A stretch of 63,820 nucleotides of DNA, filler included, from Octopus bimaculoides (Eukaryota): the NCBI RefSeq assembly GCF_001194135.2. It is 7 parts of 6 records of this genome, joined end to end, with 100 filler letters (N's around TTAATTAATTAA, not from the genome) between each part and the next. Parts side by side here need not be neighbours in the genome. Positions count along the whole stretch, not along the records: positions 21,810 to 41,291 come from NC_068987.1; positions 41,392 to 55,908 come from NC_069008.1; 5 more parts are not named here. One strand, given 5' to 3'. A program made the position numbers and the translations under genes. Below are positions 39,491-51,344 of this stretch, one piece after another. The notes under the pieces were generated by a model. It was not told where the DNA came from and searched no databases. It worked only from the letters and a program-made list of their open reading frames with translations. Position 1 is the stretch's first letter. Each line of letters opens with the position of its first letter.

Positions 39491-41247
39491 TGTAACTCCT
39501 ATACCAACACACACCCCCACACACAAATATATATTTGTCCTTACATTCAGATATGTATATTTATATGTATATTTGTGTGCGTGTATGTGATTGTGTGTGT
39601 GTCTGTGTAGATGACTGTGTGTGTGTGTGTTGTGACTTTTGAACGTGGTGTCACCTCTATGGCCGCTAGCCTACAACATGAAACCAATAAAAATAATTCG
39701 CATATACATATTGTTAGTTAATGTTGTGTGTGTCTCCACTTCCGGTTATATATGAAACGAGAGAATGACAAAGAGAAGTAGAGAAGAGAGAGCGAAGAAG
39801 AATAGGGAGAGAGAAAACGTAAACGTGAAATAGAGTGAATGGTGAGGATAGGAAGAAATAAATGAAGGACTGAGTCTGTGGAGTAAAAATGAGAAGCAAC
39901 CAATCACGAACAGGAATATAAACGAAAAGAAACTTCTATCCATATGAAAAATGGAATAAACAATAAAAGATAAATAGCGAATGGAAGAGAAATAATAAAT
40001 GACAAAAAAATGAAATAAGAAATATGAAATATCTGGTATTCTTGGTGGGAAATTTTGGGTATTTTAAGATATCGAATGATATAGTAAATCTTGAAGCCGA
40101 CGAGATAGCGTCTACGAAATCACACGACTCTACCTTCCCAGCCGTCTTATAAAGGAAAGGTTGGATAATGTGTTAATAGAAAGTGAGAAAGAAAGACGTG
40201 GAGACTGAGAGATGGAGACAAAGAGAGGGAGGAAGAGAAGAGTAAAAAAGAAAGAAGAAAAGAAATGCAGATAGAATGAGAGGAGGAGAAGGACAGAAAT
40301 AGTCTGAGGCCACGAGGAAGATGGCGACCTTGTCGTTGTGGTTTCATTTTCGAGGTTATATCGATGTGAGTGTCTTATAAAATAACGTTTTACATTCTAG
40401 AACTTTCTGGATCTTTCGAGATAGAATAATATCGCAGTAAATCTTTGCAGAACTGCAGATATATACTATGCTTACCGGATGGCCATGGTTGGCACATCTC
40501 TGATTATCGGCTTCTTTGATTAGCATTGATCTGAAGTTAAATAACAAAACTCCATTTATGATATACAAAGGTCTATTTATATTATAGGCAATGAATAACT
40601 TTATTCGTATTGAAAGGTATAACATAAACAGAAACAACTATAAAATATGTCTAAAATAAGGGAAAATCACAGATGAATACCCAGGCATTCTTGGAATAAC
40701 TTTCATCATTGGTCTGCTTGATCGCAGATGACCTGGGAGCAAGCAACAGCGAGAACTATATATTCAACATACAAGGCACAACACCTCAATATACTGTATA
40801 AGTTGTACGGGCGGTAGTACTACTTAAAATACCATATATTACAAATGGGTTCTTGTTGTTATTTCACTTCAGATCAATGTTGCATGCAGTTTTATGCTAA
40901 ACAGCAACCTGATGTTCAGCTAATCACATCCTGTACTCGCAAAAGAAAAGAAAGAAACCATATTCGTTGATTATACAACGTCTGAACAATGTATGGGCTG
41001 GTCAAGTTTGGAATGATTTCCATTATAGGTATACTCGATAATGCTTCAATCCACATTACCCCGTACTATCAAAGGTGTCTACATTGTCCCTGGATCAGCT
41101 AACTGAAATGCTATAGTACAGTTCTCCTTACTTAGTTTCTGCATAACGGAGACCATATTAAGAGATCTGCAAACCAGGACCTTGGACTATTGGTTTACAC
41201 TCTCTACTGTGTAACAAACTAATTTTTAATGTACATAGATGTGCGTG

Positions 41248-41291
<44 letters not shown>

Positions 41292-41391
41292 NNNNNNNNN
41301 NNNNNNNNNNNNNNNNNNNNNNNNNNNNNNNNNNNTTAATTAATTAANNNNNNNNNNNNNNNNNNNNNNNNNNNNNNNNNNNNNNNNNNNN

Positions 41392-41700
41392 ATATATCTA
41401 TGTGTAGTGAAATTGTAACTTCTAGAGAATGATTGACCAAAGACACCGTAATGATATCGCCTCTCACCTGTATGAATGCGTCTGTGTTCAGCTAAGTGAG
41501 TATTTTTAGAGAATGATTTACCACAATAACACAGGGATATGGTTTCTCACTTCTATCGATTCATTTGTGATTCATGAGGTTACTTTCCAGAGAAAATGAT
41601 TTTTGACAGATACCACAATGGTATGAGGATTTTTCAGTCTCTTTTTGCATCTCTTCAACAAAATAATGTATCAATCCTTTAAGTCTGTAACATTAGCCAT
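41392..41700 (-). pseudogene. C2H2 zinc-finger paralog A: disabled N-terminus and first three fingers; remainder lost at a scaffold join
   Basis: ATG at 41700 (MANVTDL) is out of frame with EEMQKETEKSSYHCGICQKSFSLESNLMNHK*; TGA at 41561-41563; 1-nt deletion in finger 2; finger 3 YHYGVFGQSFSRSYNFTTHRY lacks both Cys. Confidence 0.85.
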
Positions 41701-42484
41701 TGTTTCAATAGTTTTCTTCTCTCAGAACAATATATATTTTTCATATTTCATTTTTTATCAATTATTTCTTTCAAATGTTTCACAGCTATTTTTCCCATGA
41801 ATTCTGATTTTCACCAATATCTGAAGATGCCACAAACATATTTGAAACTTCATCCATCTTGTACATATTACAGACTGTACAGGAGAGAAATGCTGCCATT
41901 GATCTCCATTCAGAAGAAATATTTCACTGTAGTTTACCATAGAGTTATACATTTGTTGCATGTAACGTTTTTCTTTAGTCTTTAAGAGATAATTAATGTT
42001 GATGATGAATCTGATGTAAGCAATTCTTTCATGTCACAGTTTCCGCTATTCTGAAACAACAGAGAAACAACAGTATAAGATATAGAGGAATCCAAGTGAA
42101 CTTTACTTTTCAATTTTTCTTTATTATAGTTACATCACACACCATAGTTTAAAGCCTATATCTTATACATGTATGTCCAGGAATCAAACACACTACCTTA
42201 TGGTTGCAAGCCAGATGCTCTAACCATTGAGCCATTCACTGTACGTACACAATTGAAATACATTCTACATCTGAATGATTTTGATTTCTTAGTAAAGGAG
42301 GAAACAAGTCCTACTTCAGAACCTACATCATGGTACTCATTGTAAATACAACACAGAAGGTATACATCTTCATATTTTTGGTGGACAAATTAATTATTTT
42401 TCTTTCTTACCCTTTACATGATTACATTAAGGAATGAGAAATGGGCAAATTATGTGGTGTGTATTTGAAACAAATAACACTGCT

Positions 42485-42700
42485 GCTGTGTTGGCTGGCA
42501 GACACATTAGTACGCCGGTTGAAGTGCTTAGCAGTATTACATCTGTGTTTACGCGCTGAGTTCAAATTCTGTTGAGGTTGACTTTGTCTTTCATCCTTTC
42601 GGGTTCGACGAATTAAATACCAGTTGCGTACTGGAGTCGATCTAATCGACTGGCCCATTCCCCAAAATTACGGGCCTTTTGCCTAGAGTTGAAACGGATA
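42485..42700 (+). mobile_element. SINE family A in intron 1 of paralog A
   Basis: gctggcagacacattagtacgccgg...ctgagttcaaattc...gactttgtctttcatcctttcggg...gtcgatctaatcgactggccc. Absent from the paralog B intron. Confidence 0.85.
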
Positions 42701-42869
42701 CTGAGAAGGAAAAGAACCAACTACGGGATGTGCGAGAAATGGTCTTAATTGCAAACCAAACTGGAAGTTTTCTTACAGAGACGGACATGACAGAAATTAT
42801 TATACCGATTTCACAATATAAAAATCAAGGAAGCCACTCTGCTCTCATCTTACAGCAAATGTAAGCAAT

Positions 42870-44870
42870 TTACAAAACGAAATTAAAAAAAAAAAAAATA
42901 ATGCAACGGGTGTACAGAGAGGTGTAGGAAACGAATATAAAAACAATAATGCCAGGAAAGCAGCGGGGGGTGGGGGTGGGGAGAGGCCTTCGGAAAATTC
43001 ACAAGATCTGAGTTTCACCCTCGTAACTTTGGAGGAAAATATAATCCTATTGAAATCACAAATTAGGATTTCCCTCAGGAACTTGGATGCTAAACATCCC
43101 TTTTGAATGGTTTGGGTCATTTTATATATAAATATATTTATATNNNNNNNNNNNNNNNNNNNNNNNNNNNNNNNNNNNNNNNNNNNNNNNNNNNNNNNNN
43201 NNNNNNNNNNNNNNNNNNNNNNNNNNNNNNNNNNNNNNNNNNNNNNNNNNNNNNNNNNNNNNNNNNNNNNNNNNNNNNNNNNNNNNNNNNNNNNNNNNNN
43301 NNNNNNNNNNNNNNNNNNNNNNNNNNNNNNNNNNNNNNNNNNNNNNNNNNNNNNNNNNNNNNNNNNNNNNNNNNNNNNNNNNNNNNNNNNNNNNNNNNNN
43401 NNNNNNNNNNNNNNNNNNNNNNNNNNNNNNNNNNNNNNNNNNNNNNNNNNNNNNNNNNNNNNNNNNNNNNNNNNNNNNNNNNNNNNNNNNNNNNNNNNNN
43501 NNNNNNNNNNNNNNNNNNNNNNNNNNNNNNNNNNNNNNNNNNNNNNNNNNNNNNNNNNNNNNNNNNNNNNNNNNNNNNNNNNNNNNNNNNNNNNNNNNNN
43601 NNNNNNNNNNNNNNNNNNNNNNNNNNNNNNNNNNNNNNNNNNNNNNNNNNNNNNNNNNNNNNNNNNNNNNNNNNNNNNNNNNNNNNNNNNNNNNNNNNNN
43701 NNNNNNNNNNNNNNNNNNNNNNNNNNNNNNNNNNNNNNNNNNNNNNNNNNNNNNNNNNNNNNNNNNNNNNNNNNNNNNNNNNNNNNNNNNNNNNNNNNNN
43801 NNNNNNNNNNNNNNNNNNNNNNNNNNNNNNNNNNNNNNNNNNNNNNNNNNNNNNNNNNNNNNNNNNNNNNNNNNNNNNNNNNNNNNNNNNNNNNNNNNNN
43901 NNNNNNNNNNNNNNNNNNNNNNNNNNNNNNNNNNNNNNNNNNNNNNNNNNNNNNNNNNNNNNNNNNNNNNNNNNNNNNNNNNNNNNNNNNNNNNNNNNNN
44001 NNNNNNNNNNNNNNNNNNNNNCCCGCTCAATACATTCTCTTTCTCGCTGGCCAGCGATTGAGCATGGACGTGTGTTTAAAAGCTGTCCCTACATCTTTCG
44101 GTCTTATACTCGACAGCTCGTTATTCTCACCTCTAAAGATGTATAACTAAAAGATTTGTATGTTTTACCAAGTAAATAAATGTTGTTTGAGTTGTTTAGT
44201 CTGGAGTTCAGCGTTCCGTCTATTTCTTTAATTTTATAGTAGAAAGTCAGGTATACAATCTAAAGATGTATAACCCACTTTCTACTAAAATATTTTGCTC
44301 AGAGTTACGAGTAGAAAACACGAATCTTATGAATTTTCTGGGGGGCATTCCTCAGACATAACTCGACAAAATTTGACTTCGGGTATTTCCTTGACATTTG
44401 CTGAAATGTGTGGAGAAGAAAGCTAATGAGGTGTGTGTACCTGCTTATTCTTGTCCGTGTATGTTTCGTTTCCTTATATTTGCGATGCATAAACTTCGAT
44501 TCTGTTTTCTGCCTGGAAGTTTGCGGATTTTACACACATGAAGCAGACAGACATAGACAAGAACAAGAAGGCACACACAACTGACACGGACAAGAATGTC
44601 TAGTTATATCGAAGATATGCAAACTGAGCTGTCAAAAGTTGTCCAATTATATCGAAGGAATGCCCGTAATCTATACCGTTTGAAAAGTATTTCTAAAAGG
44701 AACACTTTTTCCAAAAAGTTATAAGCGAAAAACATCGGATCTTGTGAATTTTCCGAAGGCCTCTCCCCACCTCCGTTGCCTTCCCGGAATTTTTGTTTTC
44801 ATATTCGTTTCCTAAACCCTTTTTATCACACCAGTTGCAACATTTTTTTCCCCGATTTCGTTTCCGGGCA
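42870..44870. mobile_element. ~2-kb element bounded by ~170-bp inverted repeats (foldback/MITE-like), interior partly a gap
   Basis: Perfect 34-bp inverted core 42975-43008/44738-44771, 14-bp core 42925-42938/44801-44814, and weaker flanking matches. Confidence 0.75.
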
Positions 44871-45098
44871 ATACTATCAACATTAACCCAATTTACTTTA
44901 CATAGCACACAAAAGTGATCCTTAGATTTCTAAAAAGAATAGATCAATATTTCAAAGTGTAGAACTATTATTGTTCTCTAGGTAAAACGTCTGGAGAAGG
45001 AAATATCTTTTATAATATTACTGTATCCTCGAGAAGTCACATAATTCAATCATTTATACACATTATGAAGTAATTAAACTGAACGTTTATAAACTTAC

Positions 45099-45200
45099 CA
45101 TTTCAAAACGTAAACAGCGCAGCAGGTGCCCGTTGGAAAGAATAGTCTGAAGAGGTTGTTTCCCTTTAACAAGGTTATTTCCCGAATGATCCAGTAGGTG
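45099..45200 (-). other. Putative non-coding first exon of ZNF paralog A
   Basis: Minus ...gctgtttacgttttgaaatg|GTAAGT donor at 45098; conserved with paralog B; acceptor tttcAG at 42052-42051. 5' boundary is a guess. Confidence 0.55.
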
Positions 45201-48200
45201 GCTCTACTCCATCATGTTTTGTTTGTATTGAGTATTTTCTTTCACTTTCTGTAGTCTGTGACTAGGGTTCGATCCCGCACAGGGAAAGCGGCAAGCTGGC
45301 AGAATCATTACGAAGCCGGGCAAAATGCTTAGCACCATTCCGTTGGTGTTTACGTTGTTAGTTCAAATTCCGCCGAGGTCGATTTTGAGAACTGGCGATG
45401 GATACGAAAGTAGTGTAGCGAGATGCGTCGCCTAAGATGTTGTTGAGGTCGGAGGTGAAATAGGCATGTGGACGACATCAATGGGAAAGCATCGGATTGT
45501 GGTTGAAATAAAGTATTTAACCGACACTAGAAAATTCGTTACACGATATTACCAACTTGCTTCGAGCTGGGAAATAATAGAATAAACTTGGGAAATCCTG
45601 TGACGATGTTATCAGGTAGAACTGGGTATGTTTTGTGTCTGTGTGTTGGTCATTCGGTGGTGTCTGTTTATATTCTGCGACTACTACTGTGTTGGATCGT
45701 ACATGCTGAATACGTGGTTCTGTGTTGGTTGCTTGACTGGCACAAGTGAACTGCTGTCGGTGGACGGTTTGCCTCTTGCTGGCTGTCTCTTCTTCTGTCG
45801 TATGTCTGACTGTATGATGTTCATCCCAGCTAGAAGGACAGACGTATCACAGGAGTAATTTCTATTTATGTAGGTCACCTCTTGTCCACTTGAACTTTAA
45901 GTGACACAGCTCAGGTCGGGGGGTCGAAGTGAAATCCATCCATCATTTTTTGACAGGACAAAGAAATTTCTTTCGCGCCTGTTTGGCCAGTGGTGGGTCA
46001 GACGAGCGAGAATCCTTAGATTCGGTTTCGAATATCTGGTCGGAAAAAGAAAGTGTTAGTTATTACTCTACCCCGTTTCTAGTGACAAAACGACAAAGAT
46101 CGAACTATACAGATGCGTATGATATTGAGAATGTGTGATTTTGTGTGTAATGCAGAGAAACGGATACAGTATCATTTACAGACAAATGAATACATATCAA
46201 ATATAGGAAGAGAAAGAAATGGAAAAATGCAAAGCAAAAAATCAACATTCAGAGTTGATGTTGGCAATATATGTCTCACATGAAAGAAAAAAAAAAAATT
46301 GGATCCCACGCACCACCAAAATTTACCCAGTTTTCACCTGTGGGGTTTGTGGCCCCTGTTCGGAATCACTGTTGTTGTAGAGATTTTGAGTGCAGCATAT
46401 TGGGCTGTAGACTTGCAATAATGCAATTATGGTTGTTCAGCGAGGTGCATCGTGGTCAGCTGCAATTTTTGTCGAAAGTGAATTGTATTTTCATATATAA
46501 CATATAAACATGTACATCTTTAAGAACATCCCTCACCCCTCATACGCTCTTTCAACTTCCAACTGTCCCATTTCATTCTTGTACCTTGAAGGCTAGGTCT
46601 CAGACTCCATCACAAATATTTTCATCTCTTTCTTTGAGATTCCTCATGATCCTTCCCAATTGAAAATAGTCATGCAACTCGTCTAAAGTGAGGAAGCTGT
46701 ACTGCTCTGGTAGCTTTGCTACTCTTCTCTTCATTTGTCTGTTCCTCATCTTGTCTCACAGCCCTGCTTTTAGCAACAACCACTAGAACAGAAGAACATT
46801 GCATTTTTCACTCCACCCCTGAAATATTTGTAAATAATCCCTAAAACTTGTGTATACATCTCAGAAATCTGTATACATTAAGAATCTCAGTCCAAAGACC
46901 CTAACAATACTTTGAAAGTAACTTGTAATTTTCAGACAAATTGACGTGTTACATCCCAAATTACTTTCAGAAAAATTGAAGAGTTACTTCCCTTTTACTA
47001 AAAAACAAAAAAAAATCTTTGCCGACAAGACGCATAACTACATTACAAACTACGGAAGCCTGCAATTGACGAAAATTGAATAGTCAACCCCAAAGTTTTG
47101 TGTCTCATCCTGAACTTCAGAACTTGCCTTCCTCCACATATCCACATGCAATCTCAGTTATATATATATATATATACTTATAGTCTCTCAGCAACTCTTT
47201 CTTAGCATGCTATTATTGTTTTTCCTTTAGTTTCAGGTAACAAGCACAAAACACTCCTTCTAATCGTGTTTGTCATTCCTTATTTCGTTTGTTGTTTACT
47301 TTTGATATCCTTGTTAACAATAATTTCTGCCCTGCAAACCTTATTTCTTCGCATAAAAACATTGTTCGCAACAGAATTACATTCAAATTTAATGCCACAT
47401 TCATTCCATCATGATGACTAATTCCCATGCATGCATGTATTTGTGACGTGCCATTCTACCTTCTCGCCTTGCATATTATCTTTCATGTGTATCATAGTTT
47501 CTTCTTGCCAGGTTTGTTGCTACAAGGTCTCGCATAGATATTTGCGGTTCTATATCTTCTGACAAAAAAAAAAGGATCTAGTCTTCTTCGTTTGCAAAAT
47601 CAGCCCCCTTTAATTTTACTCAGATTGCTTTGAGGTTTGGTGTATCGATGCAACTCTGAATTTTGATTACGATCAACCAATTACTTAATCTTGTAAATTA
47701 AAGAATCAGATGTTATTTGAAATTAAAGTTGGGAAATTTGGGTAATTTTAGCCAATCAAAAGACAGAATGGCATTAGAGGTTGTTACCATGACAACTGCA
47801 CGCTGTGTTGTAGTTCACTGTTGTCTATGTTGCATTTTCACACTTGATGCATCACATCATGAGATTTTTTTAACCAGCGTGTTTTGTTTCAATTTTTCTG
47901 TGTTTTAGTATATTACATATTTTTCAGTTCATATATTTTTGGGACTCATTGACTCAGATTGCTGGATTTATGATCTCACTAGGTTAATTCTGTTCATAAA
48001 AATTTAAACTAGAAGTAGGGATATCGTGGAAGAGAGAAACTATGGGTGATACAGATAATGTGACATTGTTTTTGAATTCTGCTCGCAAAAACATATAAGA
48101 TGCAGGCATTTTTTTCAACAGGACGAATTCTTTGTTGACCAGTGTTAACCTTATTGTAGTTTACAAATCGAAGCATGAACACGTTACTCAACTTTGGAGT

Positions 48201-48269
48201 TTTGGAGATAGAGGCCCCCTCTTCAAATATACACACGTATTAAATGATGTACACAAATACATAACATCA

Positions 48270-50175
48270 TCGTCGTCGTTTAACATCTGCTTTCCATACT
48301 AGCATGGGTTGGATGATTTGACAGGACTGGTGGACCAGGCTCCAATCTGATTTGGCAGAGTTTCTTCAGCTGGATACCCTTCCTAACGCCAACCACTCCG
48401 AGAGTGTAGATGGGGGCTTTTACATGCCACCAGCACGAAGGCCAGTCAGGCGGTACTGGCAACGGCCATGCTCGAAATGGTGTATTTTACGTGCCACCTG
48501 CAAGGGAGCCAGTCCATCAGAACTGGCAACGATCTTGCTTGAATATCTTACAGGCAATAGCCACGCCCGAAATGGTGTATTTTACGTGTCATATGCACAA
48601 GAGCCAGTCCATTGGCACTGGTAACGATCTCGCTCAAATGCCTTTCACGTGCCAGGAAGGCGACGTTGCTAACAATCACGCTGGTACTATTTACGTGCCA
48701 CCGACATGGAAGCCAGACAGCTGCTCTGGCAACAATCNNNNNNNNNNNNNNNNNNNNNNNNNNNNNNNNNNNNNNNNNNNNNNNNNNNNNNNNNNNNNNN
48801 NNNNNNNNNNNNNNNNNNNNNNNNNNNNNTCTTCGCAAGCGGAGTTTAGTGTCCAATGAAGGAATGTTATACATAAGTGGGCTGGCTACATCCCTGGATT
48901 TTGGTCTCACTTGGCTTGCCGGGTCTTCTCACGCACAACATATTTCCAAAGGTCTCGGTCACAAGTCATTGCCTCGGTGAGGCCTCATGTTTGGAGGTCG
49001 TGCTTCACCACCTCATCCCAGGTCCACTCAACTGCTAGGGTGTGGTACTTTTTCAAACAGCTATCCTCATCCATTCTCGCCACATGACCATACCAGCGCA
49101 TACGTCTCTCTTGCACACCACAGCTGATGCTTCTTAGGTTCAACTTTTCTCTCAAGATACTTACACTCTGTCAGGTATGCACACTGACATTACTCATCCA
49201 TCGGAGCATACTGGCTTCATTCCTTGCGAGCTTACGCATGTCCTCAGCAGTCACAGCCCATGTTTCACTGTTATGTAGCATGGCTGTTCATACACATGCG
49301 TCATACAGTCTGCCTTTTACCATGAGTGAGAGGCCCTTTGTTGCCAGCAGAGGTAAGAGCTCTGAACTTTGCCCAGGCTATTCTTATTCTAGCAGCTACA
49401 CTTCAGCACACCCACCCCCACTACTAACTTGGTCACCCAGATAGCAGAAGCCATCAACTATATCTAGTTTTTTTCCCTGGAAGGAGACAGAAGTTGTTTT
49501 CTGCACATTTACAGTGTTTATTGCACCTGAACATCTGCCACATACAAAAACTAACTTCCTAGTTAACATGCCTTTGATATTGCTGCACCTCTTATGTGTC
49601 CATAGCTTACACTGGGTACATCTTATAGAGTTTCTACAGATCGAGCAGGCCATCTACCTGAAGGGGTTTGTGTTTTGTCTACCTTCCTACTTATTAGGAC
49701 TTTGGTTTTAGCTAGATTGCCTCTAAGGCCCTTCAATTCTAGTCCCTGATAGTGACTCAGCCATTAGCACAAGGTCATCAGCATAGAGGAGCTCCCAGGG
49801 GCATCCTGTCTTGAATTCCTCTGTTATCGCCAGGAGGACAGGAGGGGGCTGAGGACAGAACAATGGTGGACCCCTACCCCTAACCAGAATTCTTCACTGT
49901 TCTCATTGCCAAACATCACCTTACTGACAGCGTCTCTGTACATGGCTCACACAGCTCTCACTAACCATTCTTCTATCCAGAGTTTCCTCATTGACCACCA
50001 GATAAGGGATTGGGGGACCCTGTCAAAGGCTTTCTCCATCTCAACGAAAGCCAGGTACAGAGGTTTATCCTTGGCGAGGTATTTCTCCTGCAGCTGTCTT
50101 ACCAGAAATATAGCATCAGTGGTGCTTTTTCCTGGGACGAACCCAAACTGCATCTCTGAAATACGCATAAAGTGA
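48270..50175 (-). mobile_element. RTE-clade LINE, 5'-truncated, with long 3' UTR and (GAT/GAC)n tail
   Basis: EMQFGFVPGKSTTDAIFLVRQLQEKY...AFVEMEKAFDRVP (RT); Cys/His-rich segment CSICRNSIRCTQCKLWTHKRCS...FVCGRC; FCYLGD; tail at ~48270 reads catcatcgtcgtcg on +. Confidence 0.92.
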
Positions 50176-50348
50176 ACACATGCAGACAAATATATTAAGA
50201 TACTAAATGTTTGAAAATGATGAAAAAAAAAATACAATGAAGAGACAAAAGAAACAGTAGATATTTCTGTTTATTTANNNNNNNNNNNNNNNNNNNNNNN
50301 NNNNNNNNNNNNNNNNNNNNNNNNNNNNNNNNNNNNNNNNNNNNNNNN

Positions 50349-50667
50349 ATCACCTTACTGACAGCGTCTCTGTACATGGCTCACACAGCTCTCACTAACC
50401 ATTCTTCTATCCAGAGTTTCCTCATTGACCACCAGATAAGGGATTGGGGGACCCTGTCAAAGGCTTTCTCCATCTCAACGAAAGCCAGGTACAGAGGTTT
50501 ATCCTTGGCGAGGTATTTCTCCTGCAGCTGTCTTACCAGAAATATAGCATCAGTGGTGCTTTTTCCTGGGACGAACCCAAACTGCATCTCTGAAATACGC
50601 ATAAAGTGAACACATGCAGACAAATATATTAAGATACTAAATGTTTGAAAATGATGAAAAAAAAAAC
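50349..50667. repeat. Exact duplicate of 49913-50231 across a short N gap (probable assembly overlap or haplotype)
   Basis: Identical sequence on both sides of the 72-N gap at 50278-50349. Confidence 0.8.
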
Positions 50668-50816
50668 TAGATCAAAAAACCAAAACCACAAAAAAATTCA
50701 CACGCCCACACTTCCAGCAACTCGTTTCTATGTCTGTCAGCTCAGCTATCTTTCCTAACTCTGTGCACATCCGATACCTTTTGGAACTGTGAAACATAAA
50801 AAACGGTCTTGAGAGG

Positions 50817-50822
50817 TTTATT
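50817..50822 (-). terminator. Candidate polyadenylation signal of ZNF paralog B
   Basis: AATAAA on minus just past the decayed fingers, followed by a U-rich tract (ccgttttttatgtttc). Confidence 0.4.
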
Positions 50823-50879
50823 GTTGTGTGAGGTAATGAATTTGGACAATGATACAGTTACACTTCCAAGTGAATAGCT

Positions 50880-51344
50880 AAATGGGGAGCTAACTCACTT
50901 TTGTTAGAGAATAAATTCCCACAGATATGCAAATGCTGTGACTTTTCTCCTGTCTGAATACATTTGTCAGTACGAAAAATGTCTGTTTGAAAAGATGATA
51001 TACCATAGAAGTCACAGTGATATGCTTTTTCTCCCACATAAACGCATATATGAGTAGTTAAATTAAACCTTGAAGTGAATGATTTACCACAGATATCACA
51101 GATATATTGTCTTCTATGAAAACCTTTGTGACAAAGGAATTTTAATGAAAGAATGATTTACCATAGATATCACATTGGTATGACCTCTTTTGTGTATGAA
51201 TTTGTTTGTATTTACTTAAAGCACAAGTTGTAGACAAAAACTTACAACAGATATCACTGCTATATGGGCTTTCTCCAGTATGAAAATATTTGTGTTTAGT
51301 AAAGTTATAATGTGGGGGGAGAACGATTTACTACAGATATCATA
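50880..51344 (-). pseudogene. About six decayed C2H2 fingers downstream of the stop codon (likely 3' UTR)
   Basis: Frame-broken YDICSKSFS, HTGESPYSSDIC, YQCDIYGKSF, CDICGKSFTSRFNLTTH, GEKAYHCDFYG, QTGEKSQHLHICG at roughly 84-bp periodicity. Confidence 0.85.

Larger units (their letters stand above)
41400..45400 (-). repeat. Segmental duplication: 41520-42215 matches 53576-54288; 44965-45400 matches 55340-55795
   Basis: Long colinear blocks in the same orientation, by eye above 90% identical; offsets ~12.1 kb and ~10.4 kb. Confidence 0.93.

Noticed and set aside
45400-46140. GC-richer stretch upstream of paralog A exon 1 as a retroelement ORF
   Set aside because: Manual translation gave only weak, frame-broken similarity; no motif I can name with confidence.
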